Source of the DNA: an uncultured virus (IMG/VR IMGVR_UViG_3300037067_011443)
Taxonomy: Duplodnaviria > Heunggongvirae > Uroviricota > Caudoviricetes
IMG/VR virus record: IMGVR_UViG_3300037067_011443
Reading direction: 5' to 3' (one strand)
DNA length: 64,000 bases
The translations under genes were made by a program, and so were the position numbers. The notes beneath the pieces are model-generated. The model worked only from the letters and a program-made list of their open reading frames with translations. It had not been told where the DNA came from and did not search any database. Shown here piece by piece: positions 31,816-42,951 of the stretch (position 1 is its first letter; each line of letters begins with the position of its first letter).

Positions 31816-32946
31816 TTAACTTGCTTTATTTAATCCTAAATCTCTTAATCCTTGTGCTAATATATTTTTAGATGCATTTTCATCTCTATCATGAATAGCT
31901 CCACATTCTTCACATACCCATTCTCGTATTGATAATAATTTTACTTTCTTGTTTATTGCTCCACAGTCACTACAAGTTTGACTACTAGCATACCAAGTGT
32001 TGATTTTATGATATGTACGCCCATACCATTTTGCTTTATATTCTAACTTTCTCATAAAATCTGACCAACCTACATCTGCTATTGATTTTGCTAGACAATG
32101 ATTCTTTATCATATTAGAAATTTGTAAATCTTCACTTATTATTACTTGGTTATCATTAATAATTTGTGCTGATAATTTATTTGAAAAATCATTTCTAATA
32201 TTTGATATTTTCTCATGTAATTTAGCTATCTTCTTCGTTTGTTTCTTATAATTATTACTATGTTTTAGCATTTTACATAATTGTCTTTGTAATTTCTTTA
32301 ATTTCTCTTCATACTGATATAATGCTTTAGGTCTTTCTATATGATTACCATTAGTATCTATAAGAAAATCCTTTAAGCCTAAATCAAAGCCAATCATATT
32401 ATTATTTGCATGTAATTGGTTTATTTCAGTATCTACTAATATAGATACAAAATATTTACCACTGGGTACTTGAGATATAGTAGCTGATTTAATTGTACCA
32501 TCAAACTCTCTATGAACTTTACATTTAATCCATTTGAGTTTAGGTAATTTAACTTTATTATTCTCGTAATCAACTTCTATATTATTATTTGTATAATTAG
32601 TAGTGTAAGAATAATTATGGTCATGCTTAGATTTAAACTTAGGGAATCCTGCATGTTCTCTAAAGAATTTCTGATAAGCAGAATCTAAATCATAAATAGA
32701 GTTAGTTAAAGCAAATTTATCTATCTCTTTAAGCCATATAAATTCTGTTTTTAATTCTCTATTACAAAAATTATTACAATCATATTTTGATATAGATTTA
32801 TTTTCTGACTTATATAAATCTATTTTCTTACCAAGATAATGATTATAAACAAATCTGCATGAGCCGAAAGTCTTAGCTATTTGTATTTTCTGTTCATCAT
32901 TTGGATAAAGTCTATATTTAAAAGCTTTTAACATAAATAAATTCAC
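31816..32946 (-). CDS. tnpB: TnpB RNA-guided endonuclease
   Basis: HTH_OrfB N-terminus; RuvC GFDLG, EDL and DRD; Zn finger. Confidence 0.95.
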   Translation of the reverse strand: MNLFMLKAFKYRLYPNDEQKIQIAKTFGSCRFVYNHYLGKKIDLYKSENKSISKYDCNNFCNRELKTEFIWLKEIDKFALTNSIYDLDSAYQKFFREHAGFPKFKSKHDHNYSYTTNYTNNNIEVDYENNKVKLPKLKWIKCKVHREFDGTIKSATISQVPSGKYFVSILVDTEINQLHANNNMIGFDLGLKDFLIDTNGNHIERPKALYQYEEKLKKLQRQLCKMLKHSNNYKKQTKKIAKLHEKISNIRNDFSNKLSAQIINDNQVIISEDLQISNMIKNHCLAKSIADVGWSDFMRKLEYKAKWYGRTYHKINTWYASSQTCSDCGAINKKVKLLSIREWVCEECGAIHDRDENASKNILAQGLRDLGLNKAS

Positions 32947-32955
32947 CTCACTTTC

Positions 32956-33357
32956 TTATTTTTCTTTTTGACCTGCAATATATTTTCTAATTTGTTCTTC
33001 TGTATTTTCACTTACAGTAGCTACAAAGTATGAAGGATTCCACATATGACCACCCCATAATTTCTTTTTAAGAATAGGAAATTGCTTCATTAATAGTCTA
33101 GCTGAAACTCCTTTTAATGCTTTTATCATATCTGGTATATAATGTTGTGGAGTACATTCTATAAGTAAATGTATATGGTCTAAATCTCCATTAAGCATTA
33201 CAATTGTAAACTCATTATCTTCTGCAATTTTATATAATAATTCTTTTAAATAATTTTCTACATTTATTGTTAATATTTTATGTCTATATTTCACACACCA
33301 AACTATATGATATTGAATTGAATAAACATAACCACGTCCATGATATACATTTGCCAA
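32956..33357 (-). CDS. tnpA: IS200 Y1 transposase TnpA
   Basis: YHIVWCVKYR, DHIH and YI..Q motifs. Confidence 0.95.
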   Translation of the reverse strand: MANVYHGRGYVYSIQYHIVWCVKYRHKILTINVENYLKELLYKIAEDNEFTIVMLNGDLDHIHLLIECTPQHYIPDMIKALKGVSARLLMKQFPILKKKLWGGHMWNPSYFVATVSENTEEQIRKYIAGQKEK

Positions 33358-33674
33358 TATTTCTCACCTCTAAGATAAATATTAACATATGTAATCTTAG
33401 AAGTCAAGCAAATAAAGGGATATAAGTTATAAATGCTTAACATATGTATTTCTCGCCCTAACTCATGGCTGAAGCCACGAGAGTGCGGTCGAGGTCTTCA
33501 AATTTCAAAAATCCAGTAATATTAATTTCCTTACCTGCTACAAGTCCATCTGTTACTGTCTTAATAAATCCATTTAAAAATGTTTCTGAATCCTTTACGG
33601 TAAATCCTGTTACTGTACTTAACTTTGCAATTGTCTCTGTCTTATTCATATTAATTACCATCCTTTTATTTTTA

Positions 33675-34895
33675 TTATTTATCATTCCAGTTCATTTCTC
33701 CAACTAACTTTGAAATATCACTTCTAAAATCAGTTATCATATTTACTTGTGCAGCTATTTCTTTATCTTTAAAATTTTCACTTACTGCTGTTAAACCTGA
33801 ACGTCTAATACAATATTTGTTGTCAGTTTGTTTATTTGAGCCATCAATTAAAGCAACTGAGTTTTCATCTAATCTTGAAAGTAATATCTCCATTTCTGAA
33901 GGTGTAAAATTCTGTGCTTCATTAATAATAACTATACTATCTTTTAAACTTCTACCCCTTGCAAATTGAATAGGTAAAACTTCAAGTGAATGATTTCTTA
34001 ATAGTATATCTGTAAAATTATTTTCACCAGTTGAGTCACATAAAACTCCCATCAGTGGATTACACTTTTCATTTACATCTCCTGGAATTGCAGGAAATTC
34101 TTTTCTACCTTTAGGTGGCGAATCACTTTTTATAAATATCATTTTTGAATATTTACCTTTATCAATCATTTGTAGTGCCCAATGAATCATAAGAAAAGAT
34201 TTACCACATCCAAAGTTAGAATCTGTAATTTTAACTTTTATATTATCATTTTGAAGCATATGTATAAATGCTCTTTGATATATATCCAATGGATTAATTT
34301 TATTTATATATTTATTACTAATAGGTTTAGCTTTAGCTTCTTCAAAGAATTTACCATTCCACATTAAAAGATATTGGTCTTTTGTTGTAGTATTATTCAC
34401 AATTAGATATTCATTTAAATATAAATTATATGGATTTTTATCTAAACCTTCTAATAAATCAACATATTTTTGTTCTGTAATAGAAGTTTCTCTAATACCA
34501 GTATATATATCATCTTTACAAACTTTAAATTCAAACATTTCACAAGGTAAATTAATAGCATCTGCCTTAATTTTCAGATTATAATCATCAGTTAAAAATA
34601 AAATTTCATTATCTATATCATAAGATTCTTTTGCCATTTTTAAAATAGTATTATCATTTTTATGTTCTAAAAATTTTAATTCACTATTATTACTATAAAA
34701 CAATTTTACTTCTTTATTTACTGCATTTATAATATTTTTTATAGCCATTCTTGCAAGATGTCCAATTTCTTCACTCTTTTTTAATCCATCAAGTTCTTCT
34801 GTTGTCGTAATACTCATTATAACCTTATCATAATCAGAAAAATCAAAACTAGGGTTAAGTAAAATATTAGTATCTACAAAAACTTTTTTTGCCAT
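33675..34895 (-). CDS. phoH: PIN-PhoH fusion protein
   Basis: N-terminal PIN (VDTN...EELD...ND...TDD); GCGKS, RGRS and EAQN motifs. Confidence 0.85.
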   Translation of the reverse strand: MAKKVFVDTNILLNPSFDFSDYDKVIMSITTTEELDGLKKSEEIGHLARMAIKNIINAVNKEVKLFYSNNSELKFLEHKNDNTILKMAKESYDIDNEILFLTDDYNLKIKADAINLPCEMFEFKVCKDDIYTGIRETSITEQKYVDLLEGLDKNPYNLYLNEYLIVNNTTTKDQYLLMWNGKFFEEAKAKPISNKYINKINPLDIYQRAFIHMLQNDNIKVKITDSNFGCGKSFLMIHWALQMIDKGKYSKMIFIKSDSPPKGRKEFPAIPGDVNEKCNPLMGVLCDSTGENNFTDILLRNHSLEVLPIQFARGRSLKDSIVIINEAQNFTPSEMEILLSRLDENSVALIDGSNKQTDNKYCIRRSGLTAVSENFKDKEIAAQVNMITDFRSDISKLVGEMNWNDK

Positions 34896-34928
34896 AATAT
34901 CAATACCCTTCGGTAAAATAATTACTAA

Positions 34929-35126
34929 TTACTTGCTGTTCGACTCCAGCATCTTTTTTTTCATTTTGTAATATTGTTCAATTTTTGGCTCTTCAACTAT
35001 CCTGTCTTTAGCATTAGAATTTTGTTTGTTTGTTACTGAAAAACCTTCTTGTTTTCCATTAGATAAAATTCCTAATTTAAACATTTCAAGAAATATTTCT
35101 TTTGACACTTGTTTAATTATAATCAT
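34929..35126 (-). CDS. Small hypothetical protein
   Basis: ORF at the head of the putative late operon. Confidence 0.45.
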   Translation of the reverse strand: MIIIKQVSKEIFLEMFKLGILSNGKQEGFSVTNKQNSNAKDRIVEEPKIEQYYKMKKKMLESNSK

Positions 35127-35720
35127 TCCTTTTTAGTTTATTTTGATCTATCCCTGTTTTTAATGAGGACTTTAGACACTCCAATGGTCAGGTTAAGCAA
35201 AAGGGTACTAAATTTAATTAGTCCCATTTATAGAAAAGAATATATGAAAAATAAAAAATATAATAATATCAATCACAATCAGATTGACAGTCTTGTCAAA
35301 ATTAAGTCTGCCACTAGAGTTAACTAAGAGCACTCAATTTCTCTAGGTTGCAACTTGGCAGACTATATTGTACAATGATAAATTCTCATTGTATATGTTG
35401 TTTTGAATAGGGAATGGGATATACAAAAACTTCCTGCTACCCTATTTACAATGTTAAGATTTTCATCTCGATTTATACATAAATTTAAATCGAGTAATAT
35501 TATTCTTTAATGTCTCCGTTATCTCTCGGAAGACTAATATATTTGAACTCGACTTTATTTCAGTTGCATATAGAGTAGCAACAAACATTTGAATCTAATT
35601 ACAGTTTTATTATATTATATACAACAATATATGGTATAGTAAACACACAAATTATATTAATACTATACCATATATAAGAAAACTATGCTAAATCCTTTAA
35701 TACTTACACACACAAGGGTT

Positions 35721-36575
35721 TTAAGGATTTTCTATTTTCGACTTATTTCTTAAATTTTTCATTCTTAATCTGTCCAATTCCATTTTTACTTCTTTAGCAC
35801 ATTCCTTACAATATTTATTTTTGTTATTAGTAGGGGAAATAGGTTTATTACACTTTTCGCAAGATTTATAAAGTCCTATATATTTTAAGTATTCATAGAT
35901 AAAATTATCTGACAAATCAATTGAAAATATTATATTATTATTAGAAACTTCAACAAATAAAACTTCAATAGAACCAACCATTGTTAATTTTATTAACTTT
36001 TTATCTGATAATATTTTAATATAATCAGACTGAATTGACTTCTTAATACTTACTTTAGCATATTTTAAAGATTCACTTATACTATTTATGTAATATTTTT
36101 CATTTATCTTACTTAATTCTCTATTAATTTTTATACCTGTTTTTTTCTCTTTATTAATATCTTTTTTATTTTGAATATCCTCCTTAATTTTAATATAAAA
36201 ATTTCTTCTATATCTATTTACTTTACTCAAAACTAAAAATGAAAAAGCTAATCTTTCTAATTTTATATCTTGAAGACTTTTTATATGGTCTAACTCAGAT
36301 TGATAAATATTAATTTTTTCAGCAGTAAATAATTGATTACTGTTATTAATTCCATAATTTGTAGCCTTTTGTACTATTGACAAACATTTAACTTCATTAT
36401 ACTTAGTCCAATTTTCCTTACAAAATTCCTTGAGCCTAATTTTAATTTTGTTTTTAGTAAGTCCTTCTACTTTATTTAGATACTTAGCTAATAACTTTAA
36501 TTCCAATAAATATTTAGTTTGTAAAAATCCATTTTTCAGCATTTCTTCTACATATTTTAATTCGTTAAATATCAT
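35721..36575 (-). CDS. Hypothetical protein coupled to the RNAP gene, C-terminal Zn finger
   Basis: Overlaps the RNAP stop codon; CEKC...YCKEC. Confidence 0.6.
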   Translation of the reverse strand: MIFNELKYVEEMLKNGFLQTKYLLELKLLAKYLNKVEGLTKNKIKIRLKEFCKENWTKYNEVKCLSIVQKATNYGINNSNQLFTAEKINIYQSELDHIKSLQDIKLERLAFSFLVLSKVNRYRRNFYIKIKEDIQNKKDINKEKKTGIKINRELSKINEKYYINSISESLKYAKVSIKKSIQSDYIKILSDKKLIKLTMVGSIEVLFVEVSNNNIIFSIDLSDNFIYEYLKYIGLYKSCEKCNKPISPTNNKNKYCKECAKEVKMELDRLRMKNLRNKSKIENP

Positions 36576-39312
36576 ATGTTACCTCCGTATTTTTATATTT
36601 AGTACCTAAATACTCTATGTCACCATTTAAATCTAAGAGTGGAACATATAACTCTGATGGTTTATTTTTAATTAAATTACTTAGCAAATCATCTCCAAAA
36701 ACATCCCATAAAAAATCTTTGTTTTTAGAAGGATTTAGTTTATATGTTATTTCAACAACATAATTTACTAGCTCATCTGAATTTGAACATATACTATATG
36801 CCTTTTCTTTAAATGAATTATTAAATATTGTTAAATCCTCGAAATCATCTTCATCATGCTTATCTTTATAATTTTTAGAATATCCTATTTTTGCGTGAAG
36901 TTTTTTTTGATTAATATAATCTGAATATAACTCCAATATTTGATTAAATATTTCTTCATTCTTTACAATAGAACTATCTGTAAGTAAATTAATAATTTCA
37001 TCAATATTATCATTTTTTAAGTCTTTTTTAATATCAAAGCCAACTGACTCCATGTACCAAGATAATTTATTCATGACACAATTAGATAGATTTAATGGCA
37101 TATATTTATTATGTAGTTTGAAAAAAATCTTTTCTTCTTTAGTTTTTGGTCTTTTTTTCTTTAAGTCTTCAAGTGATAATCCAAATATAGTCTTACAATA
37201 TAAATCAGCTTTACCTATATAATCTTTATACTGATTTCTTAATTTAGGATATACCCAACTCATAAAATACGGTTTCTTATTAATAACTATTTTATTTAAT
37301 AGTCTTTTTGCATTTTTAGTTTTTTGTGAATCGGTTGGAAGTATTTCTTGATATTTTAACCATTCACTAGGAACATCTTTAACTTCAATTCCTTTAGCTT
37401 TATCAATAGAATTTCCTTGAAGCATACGAGTAATTTTCAGTCTATCTAAAAGAAGATTATGCTTTTTAGAACCTTCTCTGAAATAGGGTAGCATTGAATA
37501 CATTGATGTTGAATAGTTAGTTATTACACCTATATCATTATCAAAACTCATTAAATCAGCATTGAATAATGCTACATCAGTAACTATTGTGACAGGTGTA
37601 GGCTTTTTCTTATAAGTAATAGGTAAAGTATCTTTCATTACACATTTCAAAAAAGTAGGATTGCTTGTTGTACATACTAAATCTAGGTCAAAATCTGAAT
37701 CTGCATGAGTTATTGTATCACAACCCCACATAGAATATATTATTCCACTGTTCTGATACTTAAACCATTTGTTTATTTTTTCATTATCTTGTAAATTTAA
37801 AATATTATGCTCAGAATAATGGGTAAGAGGACTTCTACATGCATCTACTTTAGTAATCTTTTTACTATTCCAATAAGCAGAATAATGCTCTCCATCATTT
37901 AATAAGCCTTTTACTGGCAACTTAAATATATGTTCTGCTAATCCATAAATGTCAGATACCATAGTTTGATAGTTACCCTCAATCAAAATTTTCCCCGAAT
38001 AAGAACCTTTAATTTTTTTTCTTATACTATTATAAATTTTATTTTTAATATAAGGGTCTTTTATCATATTTTGATTCAATATTAAAGCTTTTATATATGT
38101 ATTTTGAATTTCATCAATACTCTTTAAATTATTTATTCCTTTTCCCAATAGATATAATAATGTGTGTGAAATATCAGCTCCAATAACTCCTTTTATCCAA
38201 TCAATATGAGTTTTACATACTTCTTTAATATCAGAATCATTCATTTTTAAACTTTGTAAATACTGATAATTTGCAAAGCAATAATGATTGTCATTTTTAG
38301 GAGATACTCTAGATACCCCCCATGTTAGCTTATTTTTTTCACAATTATTAACAAAGTCATCCCACGACTTATAATTTTTCCAAAGCTTAAACTGACTAGT
38401 AGTAAGAAAAAGGTCAATATTTCTAGCATCAACTTTATTATTCCAAGCATCAGTAATCCAAAAATTATCTCCTTTAACATTCAATGATATAAATTCCTTC
38501 ATATCAAAAGTAGCAGCCATTCCTTTAATATACGAATTCCTTATACCAAATTGTGCAGGAACATAATCTATAATTCCAATTTCTTTTGCCCACTTTTTTG
38601 CACCTTCCACTGTAATCGTACCCATACCATCATGAGGTTTAAATTGAATTGGTAGTTCAATAGGTTTAACCCAATTTTTTTCTTTTCCTTGAAATATGTA
38701 ATCAATTTTTTTTGTAAGTTTAACTTCGAAGTCCTTTACAACACATACATTTAAATTGCTTACAGTAATAGCATTACTACTATATAAACCAAAATATGCA
38801 TTTATCTTACTTATATTCATTTCTATTGATTTATCATAACCATTTTCTAAAACTGGTTTTATTCTTTTAACTGTTTCTTCATCTACAAATAAAACTTTAT
38901 TTTTTCTTCCTTGCCCACTACCACACATAAAACGCCTAAAAATCTTATCGTTTAATTTTAAGCCATTCTCAAAGATATAAGAATAGTGAGCATCACAATT
39001 CATAGTAATTGATATTATCTCTGGAATAAACAATAATTTTTCTTTTTCTTTATAAAGTTCTAGTAATTTTTTACTATTTCCTTTTGAGTGTTTTTCTTTC
39101 TTTAGTACTTTAATTTGTGACTTTATTCCTCTAATTTTAGTTAAATCTAATTCTAGATTTTCTTTAACTGTTTTAATAAGTTGACTATCACTAAGGGAAA
39201 TAATTTCTCCATTTAGTTTAGCTTCTTCAATACTTAAATTTAATTTAAAGTTTCTATCTTTTAATCTATCTGATGTAAATTTAAATATGTGAAATTGATT
39301 TTGTTTTTTCAA
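36565..39312 (-). CDS. yonO: Single-subunit YonO-like (RdRP-related) DNA-dependent RNA polymerase
   Basis: DGMG, R...KGM, RSP, DFDLD, IG.ITN and IDKAK motifs; 915 aa; SPbeta-like synteny. Confidence 0.85.
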   Translation of the reverse strand: MKKQNQFHIFKFTSDRLKDRNFKLNLSIEEAKLNGEIISLSDSQLIKTVKENLELDLTKIRGIKSQIKVLKKEKHSKGNSKKLLELYKEKEKLLFIPEIISITMNCDAHYSYIFENGLKLNDKIFRRFMCGSGQGRKNKVLFVDEETVKRIKPVLENGYDKSIEMNISKINAYFGLYSSNAITVSNLNVCVVKDFEVKLTKKIDYIFQGKEKNWVKPIELPIQFKPHDGMGTITVEGAKKWAKEIGIIDYVPAQFGIRNSYIKGMAATFDMKEFISLNVKGDNFWITDAWNNKVDARNIDLFLTTSQFKLWKNYKSWDDFVNNCEKNKLTWGVSRVSPKNDNHYCFANYQYLQSLKMNDSDIKEVCKTHIDWIKGVIGADISHTLLYLLGKGINNLKSIDEIQNTYIKALILNQNMIKDPYIKNKIYNSIRKKIKGSYSGKILIEGNYQTMVSDIYGLAEHIFKLPVKGLLNDGEHYSAYWNSKKITKVDACRSPLTHYSEHNILNLQDNEKINKWFKYQNSGIIYSMWGCDTITHADSDFDLDLVCTTSNPTFLKCVMKDTLPITYKKKPTPVTIVTDVALFNADLMSFDNDIGVITNYSTSMYSMLPYFREGSKKHNLLLDRLKITRMLQGNSIDKAKGIEVKDVPSEWLKYQEILPTDSQKTKNAKRLLNKIVINKKPYFMSWVYPKLRNQYKDYIGKADLYCKTIFGLSLEDLKKKRPKTKEEKIFFKLHNKYMPLNLSNCVMNKLSWYMESVGFDIKKDLKNDNIDEIINLLTDSSIVKNEEIFNQILELYSDYINQKKLHAKIGYSKNYKDKHDEDDFEDLTIFNNSFKEKAYSICSNSDELVNYVVEITYKLNPSKNKDFLWDVFGDDLLSNLIKNKPSELYVPLLDLNGDIEYLGTKYKNTEVTYDI

Positions 39313-39324
39313 ATTTATTCCTCC

Positions 39325-41565
39325 TTAAATTATATTATTTATGTTGTGTATACCTATTTGATTAAGTGTAGATATAAAGTCTTTTATTAACCAAAGTTGC
39401 TTTTTGCCATCTTCTATTGTAAAATCTGGATTAAATCTAAAAGTAAAATATTCTCTATCTTCTTTGATTTCACATAAAATACAATACAACAGTTGCCTTA
39501 CTTTATCATTTATTTCTTGTAGAGATATATTAATGTATTTGTCTAACATTTGTGATTTATTGTTATGTATATATTCATTAATAATTCTATTAGATTCTTT
39601 ACTTGTAAATATTTTACTGTCACTTATTATATTCTGTAACTGATTATTTATATTTGTAAAATCATATCTTAACTTATTAATTGAATTAGGTAAGCTTTTA
39701 TACGTTAAATTTATTTTCGAATTTATAATATTATCAAATTTAAATTTACAATATATATTAGTTTGTATAGCATCTTCATTATAAAAATCATAGATATTGT
39801 TGTCATAAGTAATGTAATCTACACAAATATCATAGTCGTATACTGAAATCTTTTTATACTCATTAGGCAAGCATATGTTAAAATATGATGAATACAAGCT
39901 AGTATTATTTGCAACATGTAAATAATCATGTCCTCCACAAATTACATATTCATGTCCATTATAATCTTTAAAATAAAGTAAATTATCATATTTATCAACT
40001 TGGAAATTTATATTATATTCAATTATTTTATCTTTATTTTTATCAAAAATTTTAGTTACTTGCCATAAGAAGTAGCTAAAACTATTTCTATTAGTCTTAT
40101 ATTGTAATAATATTTCCTCATTCTTTTTATTATTTTTAATCATATCAACAAAACTATTTAAATCTTTAGCTTTTTTATTATTCTCGTAGATACTAATACC
40201 TTCGTCTATTTTATTATAAAAGTGTTGTAATATATTAGAATAATTATAACTATTGTTATCTAGTAGATTAAAACTTACATCATCAATTTTATCTTTATAA
40301 ATATTTATGTTTAGAATATCACTTGAATAATATGAATACGAGTATGTATAAAGTTTAATTGTCCCTATTCTAACATTATCAAAATTTAAATCTTTTTCAA
40401 CTTTTAGTGTTAATCCAGTGGATAAATCAGAAAACATTTCTAAAATATCTTTCTTTAATTTATCAAATTTACGAAAATACTTAGCAAAGCTTTCATATTC
40501 CTCAATCTTAGCCTTAATTAATAATATAGAACTATCTTTTGTTTCATTAATAATATTGATATTAAAAACAAAATTTTTATTTATTTTTCCGTCAATTTTA
40601 ATGCTATTATAGAGTACGTTCTTATATTTTCTACCAACCTTCGTTTTGTAAGTTCTTATACTTTTTAAATATTTACCATCCATAAAACTACTTAAAAAAG
40701 ATTTTACATTATTATAAATACTATTAAATTTATAATTAATATAATCTTCATACATAGGTACACAACTCTTCCTCGATAGAATATCAAATATAATTTCCTT
40801 TTCTTCATTTTCATTACAATCAATTAAAGTAGTTAAGAGTTCTATATCTGATTCTTCTTTTTTATATTTTATAACTTCTCTCCAAAACCAATCTAATTTT
40901 GCTAATCTTTCTCTTATTTCCTCATTAGAATACTTATCACTGATATTAGTTATATATTTACCTATAGTATTTTCATATATATTATTTATAGCTTTATCAA
41001 AACATTTACCATTATAATATAAAGCAACAAAACTACAATCCTTAAATTTACTTACATTAATTAAGGTTTTTACATCTATTTCTATAACAATATTTCCTAT
41101 TTCAGTCCATATATCTAAATAATCTTTAACCTTTTTCTTATTAGTATAATTCATCTCAAAAAATATAGTATGTCCACAATCAGTAATTATTGTTATATCA
41201 GGGATATACTTTTTATCACCAACAGTAAAAGGTTCTTCTATTAAAATTTCCTTACATATGTAATCTTGAACCACAGCAGCTTTAACTGTAAATTTATCTC
41301 CTACAGATAGGAATTTATTTTTAGTCCAAAAATGGATTCTAGTTTCTGGTGTACATTTTGTTGAGTCAAAGTGTGAAAAATGAGATGATATTTTTGACCA
41401 ATCTCCTTTTACGGTCTTACCACCAATACAAACAGGATTTACTTCTGAATCACAAACAGGACAAGTAAATGTTCTATTTCTATCTTCATCATTTAAATCA
41501 TAAATAATTACAATATTACCTTCTTCATCATTTGCAAAAAATAATTGCACGTCATTATTAATCAA
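39325..41565 (-). CDS. CoiA-like nuclease domain protein
   Basis: CPVC...HFSH...H..K...PDI...FE N-terminal domain. Confidence 0.55.
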   Translation of the reverse strand: MINNDVQLFFANDEEGNIVIIYDLNDEDRNRTFTCPVCDSEVNPVCIGGKTVKGDWSKISSHFSHFDSTKCTPETRIHFWTKNKFLSVGDKFTVKAAVVQDYICKEILIEEPFTVGDKKYIPDITIITDCGHTIFFEMNYTNKKKVKDYLDIWTEIGNIVIEIDVKTLINVSKFKDCSFVALYYNGKCFDKAINNIYENTIGKYITNISDKYSNEEIRERLAKLDWFWREVIKYKKEESDIELLTTLIDCNENEEKEIIFDILSRKSCVPMYEDYINYKFNSIYNNVKSFLSSFMDGKYLKSIRTYKTKVGRKYKNVLYNSIKIDGKINKNFVFNINIINETKDSSILLIKAKIEEYESFAKYFRKFDKLKKDILEMFSDLSTGLTLKVEKDLNFDNVRIGTIKLYTYSYSYYSSDILNINIYKDKIDDVSFNLLDNNSYNYSNILQHFYNKIDEGISIYENNKKAKDLNSFVDMIKNNKKNEEILLQYKTNRNSFSYFLWQVTKIFDKNKDKIIEYNINFQVDKYDNLLYFKDYNGHEYVICGGHDYLHVANNTSLYSSYFNICLPNEYKKISVYDYDICVDYITYDNNIYDFYNEDAIQTNIYCKFKFDNIINSKINLTYKSLPNSINKLRYDFTNINNQLQNIISDSKIFTSKESNRIINEYIHNNKSQMLDKYINISLQEINDKVRQLLYCILCEIKEDREYFTFRFNPDFTIEDGKKQLWLIKDFISTLNQIGIHNINNII

Positions 41566-41691
41566 TGTATCTTCTCCTTTTTAATTTAATAAATAGTATG
41601 GGAGTAGTAGTTATTATACTTTCTAACTCCCATTTAAGTCTTCCTTCTAAAATTCTGAATAAAATATGCTTTCTATAGCTTATTTAATCAA

Positions 41692-42138
41692 TTAATCCTC
41701 TATAATATGTAAGTTATCTTCAAATAAATAATCTAATTCTTTTTCTAAATATCCATTATCAGTTTGATAATTTTCTTGACATCTCATATCTATACTGTCT
41801 GTAAATAACCAACAATCTTTGTTAAAACAATCATAAATACTTATATTAGAAATAGAACATATATCACAATTATTTTTATAATAACACTTAAAACAAAGAT
41901 TTATTCCTTTTATTTCGTTTTTCTCGTTATCTATAGATATATCTATTTCACTCGGTTTAATATCAAATTTTCTTTTACCAATTAATATATTGCTATTTAT
42001 TTGTGTTTCAGTAAAATTCTTCGGAATATATTTAGTTGTTCTTCTTGACCTTATTATGTAATTTCTATTATCCTCACCAATAATTTTCCATAAATTTTTA
42101 TTACCCATATTATCTTCAATTTGTATATATTGTACCAT
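41692..42138 (-). CDS. Hypothetical protein, Cys-rich C-terminus
   Basis: ORF; likely start at MVQYIQ. Confidence 0.5.
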   Translation of the reverse strand: MVQYIQIEDNMGNKNLWKIIGEDNRNYIIRSRRTTKYIPKNFTETQINSNILIGKRKFDIKPSEIDISIDNEKNEIKGINLCFKCYYKNNCDICSISNISIYDCFNKDCWLFTDSIDMRCQENYQTDNGYLEKELDYLFEDNLHIIED

Positions 42139-42143
42139 GTAAA

Positions 42144-42449
42144 TTATGCCCCCGTAGTAACTGTAAATTCTATATGTTTTCCACATGAATTAAACAATTT
42201 TTCTCCTATTTTTAGATTTTCTGCACAATAATCGTAAATATCTTTTGATTCTGTTACATTTTTTAATTGTAAAACACATTCCTCACTTGTATATATCTTT
42301 CTTCCAACCGATAGAGAATAGATAGCTGGAATTTCATATTTCCAATTATGTTTTAATAATCTACTAATATTTTGTTCGTTATCATTTCCCATATTTATTA
42401 CATATTCAGCTTTATCATTATAATCTAATAAACCACTTATTGTTTTCAT
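42144..42449 (-). CDS. Hypothetical protein
   Basis: RBS GAGGAG. Confidence 0.55.
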   Translation of the reverse strand: MKTISGLLDYNDKAEYVINMGNDNEQNISRLLKHNWKYEIPAIYSLSVGRKIYTSEECVLQLKNVTESKDIYDYCAENLKIGEKLFNSCGKHIEFTVTTGA

Positions 42450-42558
42450 TATGTATTATCTCCTCTTGTTATGTTTTTTGTTGTTAAATTTGATATATTT
42501 TGATACTAAAATCAATTTATATAAATTTTAGGTATAAACACTAGGGTATAAATTATAT

Positions 42559-42951
42559 TTATAATAAACCCTTATTTCTATTCATTTTATCACGCATATT
42601 TTGCATACGTAATTTTAATGTCTCTTTTTGTTCATCAGATAAATCTCTCTTAATTCTTTTTTTAGCTTTGACAACTTCAGCAACAGTAGAGAAGTCAGAT
42701 TCGGAAAAGGTATATGTTATCTCATTATCACCGATTTGAAACGGTGTTAATTGTATCCCTATAGCAGATAATTCTTTAATTCTATTCTTTGCAAACTGTT
42801 TAGTATAAAATTGAATAGCTAGCGTATCATCATCAAATCTATAAATTTGGACTTTATTTTTTCTTTGAATATAATTATCATCTTTATTTGTAAAAATACC
42901 TTCAGTATCTTTATTCTTTAATATGTAATAGTCTTCTTTATATTTGTTCAT
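42559..42951 (-). CDS. Hypothetical protein
   Basis: RBS GAGGTG; C-terminal LSDEQK motif common in phage proteins. Confidence 0.55.
   Translation of the reverse strand: MNKYKEDYYILKNKDTEGIFTNKDDNYIQRKNKVQIYRFDDDTLAIQFYTKQFAKNRIKELSAIGIQLTPFQIGDNEITYTFSESDFSTVAEVVKAKKRIKRDLSDEQKETLKLRMQNMRDKMNRNKGLL

Larger units (their letters stand above)
31681..33496 (-). mobile_element. IS200/IS605-family element (tnpA + tnpB), target TTGAA, right end TTCAC
   Basis: Subterminal hairpins at both ends; no target duplication; removal restores the HU frame. Confidence 0.92.
31561..33649 (-). pseudogene. hup: HU histone-like protein gene interrupted by an IS200/IS605 element
   Basis: 33649-33497 (MNKTE...GFLKFE, 51 aa) plus 31680-31561 (VKDTAERQGRN...K*, 39 aa) join into a 90-aa HU. 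Confidence 0.9.

Noticed and set aside
31681..33496. IStron (self-splicing) explanation for the HU insertion
   Set aside because: Only ~140 bp lie between the left end and tnpA, leaving no room for a group I intron core.
33458..33685. 75-aa ORF as a complete gene
   Set aside because: It is the HU N-terminus reading into the IS left end.
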